Shown piece after piece: positions 17,221 to 25,529 of a stretch of 31,463 nucleotides of DNA (the first letter of the stretch is position 1; each line of letters opens with the position of its first letter). Below the pieces are notes generated by a model, which had not been told where the DNA came from, ran no database searches, and saw nothing but the letters and a program-made list of their open reading frames with translations. The translations under genes and the position numbers were made by a program. Origin of the DNA: Candidatus Micrarchaeota archaeon (lineage in GTDB: Archaea > Micrarchaeota > Micrarchaeia > Anstonellales > Bilamarchaeaceae); assembly GCA_037440825.1 (NCBI GenBank), contig JBBITJ010000002.1, positions 23,016-54,478 of the forward strand. The letters are read 5' to 3'.

Positions 17221-17302
17221 GTTGAAATCGCCCATCAATCAGACTGATCTTTCTTATGTTTTTACAGATAAAGAGAAGAATAAATATGTTCCGCTGCAGG
17301 CG

Positions 17303-17480
17303 TTATTCGAACCTCAGCGCTTCGACCGCGTCCTCGAACGGTATGTAAGAGACCATGTCTATGATGCTGGTGAGCCAGGTTGGGTATGAGGTTGAACGCC
17401 TGGAAAACGAAACCATGGTCGCAGAACGGGCATTTCCGGCCGAGTTTATAGCGAGAAAACTACCCAATCACCATTTTCAT
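17303..17480 (-). pseudogene. Collapsed relic of a LolD/MacB-type ABC exporter (ATPase and permease fragments)
   Basis: GAGGAG RBS plus ATG 17480 and an in-frame TAG at codon 7. The same frame then gives GFVFQAFNLIPNL (17414-17376). Another frame ends SYIP..DAVEALRFE-stop at 17303. Confidence 0.6.
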
Positions 17481-17585
17481 TATATCTCCTCGCGGAATGG
17501 AGAATAGTTTTCTTGGAATCGAAGTTTATAATATTTATAGTTGGACTGGATGTGAAGCAATGCCGACAATCAAAAAATAGAATTG

Positions 17586-20270
17586 CTAGCGCCTTTCCCC
17601 GTATTCTCTAAGGAACTCTTCGTATTCCTCCAGCATGTCCTTGGTGATGGAGGGTCTGCGGCTGGAGATTATCTTGAGGAGCCCTTCAGTGGTGAGCTTC
17701 GGCGTGCCTCCTCTTATCTTCTGCCTAAGCGCGTCCATTTTCGCAGACTGGACTATTGAGGAAATGTCCGCTCCTGAGAAGCCCTCGCTGTCCTGCGCGA
17801 GCAGGTCCAAATCAATTCCTTTCGCGAAATCCCCGAGGTTTATCTGGAATATCTGCTTCCTTCCTTCTGCATCAGGAGGTGGGATGTAGAATATCTTGTC
17901 GAACCTTCCCGGACGGAGAATAGCTGGATCAAGCATGTCCGGCTTGTTCGTCGCGCCTATCACAACTACCCCCTTCAATTCCTTCATGCCGTCCATTTCC
18001 GTAAGCAATTGCCCTATTATGTCGCTGGACGCGAGCCTGCGCGAGGGTATCATGGATTCTATTTCATCTATGAAGAGGATTGCAGGCGTGTTCTCCTTCG
18101 CGCGGATGAACATCTCCTTCAGCACTGAAACCGCTTGCATTGGGCCTTTCTTCACCAAGTCAGCGCCGCTCAGGGTGATGAACGCTGCTTTCAATTCATT
18201 GGACGCGGCGCGCACAATAAGAGTTTTACCGCATCCTGGCGGGCCGAACAGCAGGATGCCCTTGCTGGGCTTGACCTTGTATTCCTTCATCAGGTCCTCG
18301 TGCAGGAGCGGAAGCTGTATGGTTTCCAGAAGTGCCTGGCGCACGTCTGCAAGCCCTGCGACGTCGTCCCATTTCACCTCGCTCTCCTTCTCCACCCCTG
18401 CCTTCTCGGGCTCTTTTCCGCCTAAGCGGCGCTGGAAGTCGAGCTTGAACTTTTCATAGTCTTCAAGGTGCGCCAGGCTCACCGAGGGCTTGGTTCTGGA
18501 GATTATAGCGAGGAGGTCTTCGGTGGTTATAGGAACCACGGTGTCGCTTTTCTGCGCCTTTTTCGCTACGGATTTGACCGCCTCGTCTATTACGTTCTTT
18601 ATGTCAGCGCCGGAGAAGCGGTCGGTCTTCTTAGCGAGTTTGTCGAAGTCTATTTCCCCTGCAGGGTATTTCTTTATGTGCACCCGGAAGATGGATTTCC
18701 TGCTGTTGTAGTCCGGAAGGGGTATGTAGATTATCTTGTCGAACCTTCCGGGCCGCAGGAGCGCTGGATCCAGCGCGTGCGGGATGTTCGTAGTTCCTAT
18801 TATCATGATGGGCTTCTTGCTGTTCGCAGCGCCGTCTATCTCTTGGAGGAGGACGCTGAGCACCCTTGGGGTAACGTCGTCGCTGCTCGAGGAGCGGGAT
18901 TTGCCTATGATGTCTATTTCGTCGAACATTATTATGCAGGGCGCGTTCTTGCGCGCGTCAGCGAACAATTCCGCGACGTTCTTCTCCGATTCGCCGTACC
19001 ACTTGCTCAGGAGCTCGGACGTGTTCACGTAGTAGAGGCGGTAGCTAATCTCGTTCGCGAGCGCGCGCACTATCATGGTTTTACCGGTACCGGGCGGGCC
19101 GAACAGGAGTATTCCTTTGGGTGGAACGAGGCCGTAGGCGTACGCTAGCTCCTTCTGCTCTATAGGCAGCATTACCGCGTCCTTTATCTCCTCCTTCACG
19201 TCTTCGTATCCGCCCACGTCCGCGAACTTCTCGCTCCCTTCCAGGCTTAGGTCGCGCACCCCGAACTTGCCGAAGGACTTGAGCCTCTCCTTCTTGAGTA
19301 TCGCGCTCTCCTGGCTGAAGTTTATCCCGTTCGCTTCCAGGAGGGCGATTACAGCTATCGAGGCCGCGGTGTAGAAGACGATTTCCTCCTTGAACGTGTA
19401 GCCGTAGACCTGCGAAAGGAAGTAATTGGTGATGGGGATGAGCACAAGGAAAAGGCTTGAATAGAGCTGGGTGTGCTTGCCTTTCTTCAGCCTTCCTGAG
19501 ACGAAGCTTATCATGAAAAGGACGAAGGACCATACGATGAGCTGCGCAACCCCACTGTCCGAGAAAATTATCGTTATGAGGTTCTGGCCGGTCTTCTCCA
19601 GCGCTACGCTGAACTCATTCGCCTTGGAGAAGTCGAACAGCGACTCGACAGCCTTCACGAATTCCACGGGCAGGGAAAGGAGCTGGACTTCGGGCTTGCC
19701 CTTTTGGAGGACCGGAGTAGGATCGTAGAGGCTGAGGTTGATTGGAAGGTAGGCGGAATTGTCCTGCATCCATATCGAAGAGAGGAAGAGGATTATGAGG
19801 ATGGACGGGACGGAGACCAACATGCTCTTGGAGGAGCCGAAATTCAACGCGCTCAGGGTCATGCCCAACATCACAAATCCTCCCAGCAAGGAGACCGGGA
19901 AAGGGGCAAAGGGAAGGAAAATGAGGACTTCCAGCGCGGAGATTATCGCCCAGTGCTCGAACGACTCGAAGAGCACTATCGCGACTATAAGGATGAAGAG
20001 GAAGCCAAGGGAATATGACTGGTATGCGAACGTGGGCAGGGCGAGCAGCACGCTCAGTATGGTGCCCATGGGCGCATACCGGTAGGCGATTCCGCCGCAG
20101 AGCAGCGCGAGAATCGGGACGATGTAAGAGGGATAGAATGGCATCGCGAAAAGGATGGAGAGCGAGCCTATGAAGACGAGAAGCGCGTGCCAGAAGTTCT
20201 CGTCGGCCTGCAATATCTTCGCGTAGGCCTGCACTTTCTGGGAGGAGATGGATTTTTGCTCGTATGGCAT
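17586..20270 (-). CDS. Polytopic membrane protein with two Cdc48/VAT-like AAA+ domains (894 aa)
   Basis: About 9-10 hydrophobic segments in the first ~315 aa. D1: GPPGTGKT / IIMFDEID / DPALLRPGRFD. D2: GPPGCGKT / LFIDEIE / DPAILRPGRFD. Confidence 0.92.
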   Translation of the reverse strand: MPYEQKSISSQKVQAYAKILQADENFWHALLVFIGSLSILFAMPFYPSYIVPILALLCGGIAYRYAPMGTILSVLLALPTFAYQSYSLGFLFILIVAIVLFESFEHWAIISALEVLIFLPFAPFPVSLLGGFVMLGMTLSALNFGSSKSMLVSVPSILIILFLSSIWMQDNSAYLPINLSLYDPTPVLQKGKPEVQLLSLPVEFVKAVESLFDFSKANEFSVALEKTGQNLITIIFSDSGVAQLIVWSFVLFMISFVSGRLKKGKHTQLYSSLFLVLIPITNYFLSQVYGYTFKEEIVFYTAASIAVIALLEANGINFSQESAILKKERLKSFGKFGVRDLSLEGSEKFADVGGYEDVKEEIKDAVMLPIEQKELAYAYGLVPPKGILLFGPPGTGKTMIVRALANEISYRLYYVNTSELLSKWYGESEKNVAELFADARKNAPCIIMFDEIDIIGKSRSSSSDDVTPRVLSVLLQEIDGAANSKKPIMIIGTTNIPHALDPALLRPGRFDKIIYIPLPDYNSRKSIFRVHIKKYPAGEIDFDKLAKKTDRFSGADIKNVIDEAVKSVAKKAQKSDTVVPITTEDLLAIISRTKPSVSLAHLEDYEKFKLDFQRRLGGKEPEKAGVEKESEVKWDDVAGLADVRQALLETIQLPLLHEDLMKEYKVKPSKGILLFGPPGCGKTLIVRAASNELKAAFITLSGADLVKKGPMQAVSVLKEMFIRAKENTPAILFIDEIESMIPSRRLASSDIIGQLLTEMDGMKELKGVVVIGATNKPDMLDPAILRPGRFDKIFYIPPPDAEGRKQIFQINLGDFAKGIDLDLLAQDSEGFSGADISSIVQSAKMDALRQKIRGGTPKLTTEGLLKIISSRRPSITKDMLEEYEEFLREYGERR

Positions 20271-20297
20271 ACGATTGGGATTACCGTATGAGGTTTT

Positions 20298-20657
20298 TTA
20301 ATCGTTATCGCAGGGCCCGAAACGGAATTCATCCTGAACGAAGCCGGAGAGGTTGCCTTCCCTTATGCGCGGAACGCTCGCGCGCGAGGAGGATGCGGAA
20401 TCGGAAACGAGCTTGGATGTCAGGTCGGTCTGGCCCATTTCAATGCACATGCCGGTCTTTTCCAGGATTTCCATCGCGATTTCGTTCCCGATCGTGAGGT
20501 TCTCGAATCCCCCTTTCAGGTAAATTACATTTTTGGCGTCTCCCTGCAATTCGTATATGTATAATGAATTGTCTATCTGCGCATCAGCATGGATGGAAAG
20601 GAACATCGCGAGGGAGAGAAGCGCTGCGAAGGAAAGTAGGGATTCGAGCATTTGCAT
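20298..20657 (-). CDS. Small protein with N-terminal pilin-like hydrophobic helix (MQMLESLLSFAALL...)
   Basis: GGTGA RBS before ATG 20657, 1 nt after the upstream stop. Glu at position 5 followed by a hydrophobic helix. Confidence 0.7.
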   Translation of the reverse strand: MQMLESLLSFAALLSLAMFLSIHADAQIDNSLYIYELQGDAKNVIYLKGGFENLTIGNEIAMEILEKTGMCIEMGQTDLTSKLVSDSASSSRASVPRIREGNLSGFVQDEFRFGPCDND

Positions 20658-20658
20658 T

Positions 20659-21105
20659 TCATTCACCGCAGAAATAGAGCTTTCTTACTTCTCCAGTGGG
20701 TTCGTACACCACTAGGCGGTAGATGCACGTCCCTTCCCCCTCTTCGAAACTTATGGAAAATGATTTGAGGTTAAGGCGCTCGCGCAGGGATTTTTCCAAT
20801 TCGGGAAAGGAGGCTGCGGATACCAGGTTGGGATGGATAGCCTTTTCCGGGAAGCCGCTCCCCTCCGTTTGCGCGGCCCCTATTTTCACTGCGTAATTGC
20901 TCGCTGAAACCAGCTTGTCGAAAAGTATCTGGCGTTCCAAAAGGTCGGAGGTGCGATTTTCCAGCTGGGCGGAGAAAATGAGGGCATAGGAAACGATGAG
21001 GATGATGGGTATTACGGAGAAGAGGAAGTCCGGGGAGACGAAGCCGCGGCTCGCACGTGCGGAATTGGAGGCCGAAAACCTGGGACATTTATACCGGTTC
21101 GCCAT
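20659..21105 (-). CDS. Putative type IV pilin-like protein (class III signal peptide RG|FVSPDFLFSVIPIILIV)
   Basis: Basic leader, RG followed by F, acidic residue at +5 and a hydrophobic helix. GGGGGAG RBS. Overlaps the upstream gene by 17 nt. Confidence 0.7.
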   Translation of the reverse strand: MANRYKCPRFSASNSARASRGFVSPDFLFSVIPIILIVSYALIFSAQLENRTSDLLERQILFDKLVSASNYAVKIGAAQTEGSGFPEKAIHPNLVSAASFPELEKSLRERLNLKSFSISFEEGEGTCIYRLVVYEPTGEVRKLYFCGE

Positions 21106-21406
21106 AGTCTCCCCCTATTCCATATATCGTATAGCCACGGGCATCTGTTCCGGCTTCCTGCACGTACGAGCTTCCGGTCTCGGACTTGAGCGATGAATTC
21201 GTAGAGTAGACGAACCTTTCGTGCAGGATTGATTCCGCGGCGTCCAATGTGCGCGCGAATTGCTCGTTCTCCGCCTTTTCGGAAACCGCGGAGCTGAAGG
21301 ATTTTGACGCTGAAATGAGGGGCTGGAAGGAAGCGAGCAGGATGGAGATTAGCGAGAGCATGAGCAGGAAATTGAGCAGGAATTCAGAGGAAGCTTGGGC
21401 TTTCAT
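21089..21406 (-). CDS. Putative type IV pilin-like protein (class III signal peptide MKA|QASSEFLLNFLLML)
   Basis: Classic archaeal K-A|Q-x-S-x-E pattern followed by a hydrophobic helix. ATGA overlap with the upstream gene (true start 21406, not 21709). Confidence 0.8.
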   Translation of the reverse strand: MKAQASSEFLLNFLLMLSLISILLASFQPLISASKSFSSAVSEKAENEQFARTLDAAESILHERFVYSTNSSLKSETGSSYVQEAGTDARGYTIYGIGGDYGEPV

Positions 21407-22044
21407 TCTGCCGCGCCTGGCACCGTATAAGGCGCCTCGAATATCTTTTCGCTGGTGGGGATGTACGCGACCTTGGAGAGGTTGAATTTTTGCGAATAGA
21501 GCGTGATGCCGAAGATTCGCGGAGTGGAACCGAGGTTTGCCGAGCCCAGGGCGAGGTTCGCGAAGGAGGAATTGGAGAGGACATCCACTTCTATGAAATC
21601 CTTGCACAAGGGAAGGGGGCGGCAAGTCGGGCAGGAAAGGGGTTTCCCTTGCGCGAGGCTGGATTCCGCAATGCGGTTCAGTTCGCTGTTCCCGGATATT
21701 TCGCCGCACCAGAGCGATGCCTCGAAATCCATATCTCCGGCATGCACGAGCGAGAGTGAAGTGATGGCGCCGAGGCGGATGCGCTCCCTTGCTTCCTGCA
21801 TATCGAAGGCCATCGCTCCTCCTGAAGCCGCGATTTCGGCAAGGTATTCCAGGAAGCCTGCCGCTGCACCGTATTTTGCTGCGAGAAGCATACTGCGCTT
21901 CGCATCGAGCGAAAGCTGCTCCGCCCTTTCCAGGGCTATCGCCTTCTGGAAGTTGAGGGATTTGGATTCCCCGTATGCGCCGGCAAGCGCTGCGAGGGCT
22001 GCGAGTGCTGCAAGCACAAGCAGGAATGCGGCATATCCTTTCAT
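21403..22044 (-). CDS. Putative pilin-like or secreted protein (MKG|YAAFLLVLAAL), Cys-containing
   Basis: KG followed by a long hydrophobic helix; four Cys in the C-terminal half. TTTATAA box starts 29 nt upstream. Confidence 0.7.
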   Translation of the reverse strand: MKGYAAFLLVLAALAALAALAGAYGESKSLNFQKAIALERAEQLSLDAKRSMLLAAKYGAAAGFLEYLAEIAASGGAMAFDMQEARERIRLGAITSLSLVHAGDMDFEASLWCGEISGNSELNRIAESSLAQGKPLSCPTCRPLPLCKDFIEVDVLSNSSFANLALGSANLGSTPRIFGITLYSQKFNLSKVAYIPTSEKIFEAPYTVPGAAE

Positions 22045-22077
22045 AATGATGATACAGGAAAAGAAGTTATAAAGAGA

Positions 22078-22110
22078 TTAGAAAGGAAAAGGAAAATAAA
22101 GATGAAAATC
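22078..22110 (-). terminator. T-rich terminator after the VirB2-like pilin gene
   Basis: Minus strand ATTTTCATCTTTATTTTCCTTTTCCTTTC immediately after the stop. Confidence 0.55.
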
Positions 22111-22116
22111 CTGCGT

Positions 22117-22449
22117 TCAGCAGGAGAAACCGCCGCTCGGGTAAAGCGCTCCGAGGATGTTCGGGGTTATGACCACGATCAGGAGGCCGATTACGGCACC
22201 CACGAGCATCGCGGTTGCCCACACGGACGCCCTTGCCCTGGTCTCTGCACCGAGGAGCTGGCCTGCGGCGTAGATGACACCGGCGGAAACAATCATCAGG
22301 AACGAGACTATCGGGATGAGGCCTTTGATGTCGCTGCACAGGCTGGTAAGCGCATTGCTCAGTGCGCTCACGCCTCCCGTGGTCGCGGCTACGAGCGAGG
22401 TCGCGACTGCAAACATAAGGACTGCGTACATAATGGATTTCTTCCTCAT
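22117..22449 (-). CDS. VirB2/TrbC-like (conjugative-type) pilin, 110 aa
   Basis: Signal peptide, amphipathic helix, then two hydrophobic helices joined by a short basic loop (GQLLGAETRARASVW). GGTGA RBS and upstream TTTAAAAA box. Confidence 0.7.
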   Translation of the reverse strand: MRKKSIMYAVLMFAVATSLVAATTGGVSALSNALTSLCSDIKGLIPIVSFLMIVSAGVIYAAGQLLGAETRARASVWATAMLVGAVIGLLIVVITPNILGALYPSGGFSC

Positions 22450-22563
22450 TACTGATCACCATGGCTTTTTTATTGGTTTTTATTAGTAATAAAGATTTTT
22501 AAACATTGCGAGACTTTTTAGAGGACTAACTACGTCGTAAAATTATTTCTTTGCGGTGGGCGG

Positions 22564-24030
22564 ATGGACAAGAACGAGTTTGGGAAACTATCAATAATAG
22601 TGGCGTGCAGCTTCCTCCTCCACCTCGCGTTCATAACTTCGCACCCATTCTACCTGGACGAAGCGCTCTACGCGGAAATGATATGGGAGATGGAGGATCA
22701 TCCGACGCTTGTCCCGATGTTTTTCGGCTACGAGGCGGGGTGGAAGCCGCCCATGTTCTTCTGGACGTTCGCGGCAGCCACAGCGCTTACGCAGCAGATA
22801 TTCAGCAATCCTGAGTTCGCATACAGGCTTCCCAACGTGCTGTTCGCGATGGCGAACGTGGTGCTGTTCCACCTCCTCGCGAGGAAATGGCTCGGAAAGG
22901 AGACGGCGCCGTATGCAACAGCATTCTACGCGTTCTCCGCGCTTTTCCTGTACACGAACGAAAGGCTGCTCATAGACACGCTGGCAGTCACTTTCATACT
23001 TGGCTCGATATGCGCTTACGTCGAGTTGCGGGGCGCCCGCAGGTTCGCGCTGGGAGGCGCGCTCCTGTTCTTTGCCGTGCTCACCAAGTCAGTAGTGGGG
23101 TTCATCGTGCCCGCAGTGGCGGTGGCTTATTTCATCCAGCACGAACGCAGGGAGCTGCTCAATCCCGTGTTTATCCTTTCGCTAGCCGCGATACCGCTCG
23201 CGCTGGGGGTGCACTATTTCAGCCTAAGCCCTGAAGCGGCGCAGGGAATATTCTTCAGGGACATGGGAGGAAAAGTCGTAGGAGACGGCGCGGAGCTGGT
23301 GGAGAGGGTAGGCAGCTCGTTCATGAGCGGGCTCAGCTTCCTCAACGCGCTGCTCGTGCTTTCCGCAGCAGGGCTGCTGCTCAGGTGGAGGGAGAACTAC
23401 GCTATGGCGGCGTGGTACGCGCTCGCAGTCTTTCCTCTGCTGGGAGGCGCTTTCATGGCCTGGTATTTCTACGCGGTGCTTCCTCCGATGGCGTTCTTCG
23501 CCACGCTGCTGATGGCGCACGACCCGAAGACCGGAAAAACCAACATAGACGGATTCTTCAAGTTCGTGTTCGCGCTCGTGATAGGAATTAACATCCTAGT
23601 TTCGCTCCTCTGGTTCGAGCGGCTCATGGACATAGGCGAGCTGAAGATGGTAGGGGAATTCCTCGAAGGAAAAAAGAATGTCGCGTTCGTGGGCAGCTAC
23701 GGGGCGGCGGCGAGCGCAGTGGTTTACAAGGCGCTGGGCGAAAGAGCTGAAAACGGGAGCGCTGAGGACTTCGGGTGGGTGATTGTCCCGATGAACAGCA
23801 TAAACGACACCATGATAAGGGACTTCGCGCTGGACTACCGCACTTCGAAATACGAGGCGAACGAGGAGGATTTCGAGCGGCTGTTCTGGAGCGGCGAGAT
23901 ATTCAGGAAGAAAACCGGCGTGGAGAGGTTCGACTGGCTCGTGGTCAGCGGACCTTCGAAGCCGGAGATAAGCTGCTATTCCCAGGTGTTCATGGGAGAC
24001 GACCTGGCCATTTACCAGAGGGAATGCTAG
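22564..24030 (+). CDS. GT-C fold glycosyltransferase (ArnT/PMT-like)
   Basis: LDEALY acidic motif after TM1, KPPMFFW, RLP, D.L, LTK, many TM helices and a soluble C-terminal domain. Confidence 0.88.
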   Translation: MDKNEFGKLSIIVACSFLLHLAFITSHPFYLDEALYAEMIWEMEDHPTLVPMFFGYEAGWKPPMFFWTFAAATALTQQIFSNPEFAYRLPNVLFAMANVVLFHLLARKWLGKETAPYATAFYAFSALFLYTNERLLIDTLAVTFILGSICAYVELRGARRFALGGALLFFAVLTKSVVGFIVPAVAVAYFIQHERRELLNPVFILSLAAIPLALGVHYFSLSPEAAQGIFFRDMGGKVVGDGAELVERVGSSFMSGLSFLNALLVLSAAGLLLRWRENYAMAAWYALAVFPLLGGAFMAWYFYAVLPPMAFFATLLMAHDPKTGKTNIDGFFKFVFALVIGINILVSLLWFERLMDIGELKMVGEFLEGKKNVAFVGSYGAAASAVVYKALGERAENGSAEDFGWVIVPMNSINDTMIRDFALDYRTSKYEANEEDFERLFWSGEIFRKKTGVERFDWLVVSGPSKPEISCYSQVFMGDDLAIYQREC

Positions 24031-25529
24031 TGGACGAGAAGGCACTGCAACGGATCACGCTCGCGCTGCTCGCAGTGTCCATGGCAATAAACTTCTTCTA
24101 TTTCATCACCAACCCTGAGGCGAAGCTGAGCGGGGACCTGATAGAAACGACTGCTGCAATAAAGCAATTCAACGAATACGGATTCTTCGGATTGAATCCC
24201 ATGTTCGGGGAAAATGGGTACAGGCTTTTTGGGAACTATCCGCCGATTCCGCTGATAATCGGGGGGCTGTTCTCGCTCGTTTTCGATTACAATGTGGTGA
24301 CCGCTGCGATGAGCGTTGCGCTCCAGGCTGCGATATTCTATCTGCTCTATTACCGCGTGTTCAGCAAGGTGGACTTGGAATGGAGGCTGCTGCTATCCGT
24401 GTTCTTCCCGTTTGCGACAGTGTTCGGATTCCCCATGTTCTTCGCGTTCAGGCTGCGCTCGCTCATATCGCTCATATTCATCGTGCTGCTTTTCACGCTG
24501 GACAGGAAGGGAAGGAATTACGGTCCCATGGCGGCCGTGCTTTCCGCAGCTGCGTTCCTTTCCCAGCCGCTCATGGGCATGTTCACGTGGTTTTTCTACA
24601 CAGCCAGGGCAGCGGAGGAGAAAGACTGGAAGACTGCTGGATGGTTCGTTGCTGCACCCATATTCTCTTCGCTGTTCTATCTCGACCTTTTTGCCCAGGT
24701 TGGAGTGGAAAGCGAATTCCTGGGTTCGATCCTGTTCTCTGCTTCGCACACGCAGAACGCGTTCCTGGGACCGGTGTGCCTGATTGCAGTGCTGCTTGTC
24801 GCAGACCTTTCCAGGAATTCCGCGAAAGCTGCTGCGCTCGTGCTCGGCGCTCTTGCGATAATAACCACGAGCATTCTGTTCGGGGTGAATGAGATAGTGC
24901 TTGCTCTCGTACCGTTCAAGCAGGGTCTCGTCTATCCTGTGGCGCTGCTCCCCCTTTCCTTTATCCTCGTTGCGGAATCGGCGCGCGAGGGGAAGATGAA
25001 GAAGAATATGCTCGCCTTCTTCTGGATGGCGATAATCGTGTTTTCCGCAATGGATTTCGGGGCCAAGGCCGCTGCCGAGATGGACAGGTTTTCCGAAGCC
25101 AAGAACGCGGTGGATGCGATGGAGGACGCGGGCATCACGCATATGCTTGGGATAATAGCGCTCATGCATGGCGATGATGTATATTTCATCCATAGCGAAT
25201 ACACTGTTGGCTCTGCCGCGTACGTGATGGGCAAGAATTTCACCTTCATCAACAGGCCGCTCATGGGGCAGATGGACAGAGGAGGAATTTACGAGGAAGG
25301 GGCGCGGCTCATCAGGGACATAGCGGAAAGGGGCGGAGAATGCGAAGAGCTCGCACGGAACGTTTCCGCCAAGACGAGGTATTTGCTCCTGCAGATCGTG
25401 CAGGCGACAGGCGAAGAGGATCCGAAGGGCGTGCTTTTCGACGCATCGTATTTGGAGGGATGCGGGATAGCGGCTGTTGCGAGCAGCGGAACTTACGGAA
25501 TATACGACTTGAAGCCGGTGGCTGGATGA
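24024..25529 (+). CDS. Polytopic membrane protein, probable GT-C glycosyltransferase (paralog A)
   Basis: Acidic GDLIE after TM1, YGFFGLNP..G..GY.LFGNYPP loop, many TM helices. Start 24024 overlaps the upstream stop. Confidence 0.7.
   Translation: MLVDEKALQRITLALLAVSMAINFFYFITNPEAKLSGDLIETTAAIKQFNEYGFFGLNPMFGENGYRLFGNYPPIPLIIGGLFSLVFDYNVVTAAMSVALQAAIFYLLYYRVFSKVDLEWRLLLSVFFPFATVFGFPMFFAFRLRSLISLIFIVLLFTLDRKGRNYGPMAAVLSAAAFLSQPLMGMFTWFFYTARAAEEKDWKTAGWFVAAPIFSSLFYLDLFAQVGVESEFLGSILFSASHTQNAFLGPVCLIAVLLVADLSRNSAKAAALVLGALAIITTSILFGVNEIVLALVPFKQGLVYPVALLPLSFILVAESAREGKMKKNMLAFFWMAIIVFSAMDFGAKAAAEMDRFSEAKNAVDAMEDAGITHMLGIIALMHGDDVYFIHSEYTVGSAAYVMGKNFTFINRPLMGQMDRGGIYEEGARLIRDIAERGGECEELARNVSAKTRYLLLQIVQATGEEDPKGVLFDASYLEGCGIAAVASSGTYGIYDLKPVAG

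Noticed and set aside
17462..17474. 13-nt match ATGGTGATTGGGT shared with 31401-31413
   Set aside because: Several 13-mer matches are expected by chance in a 31-kb window.
23775..24023. Long N-terminal extensions in the ORF track (23775, 25340, 21709, 6458, 15240)
   Set aside because: They overlap upstream genes or promoter regions. Downstream ATGs have RBS, TATA or stop-start coupling support.
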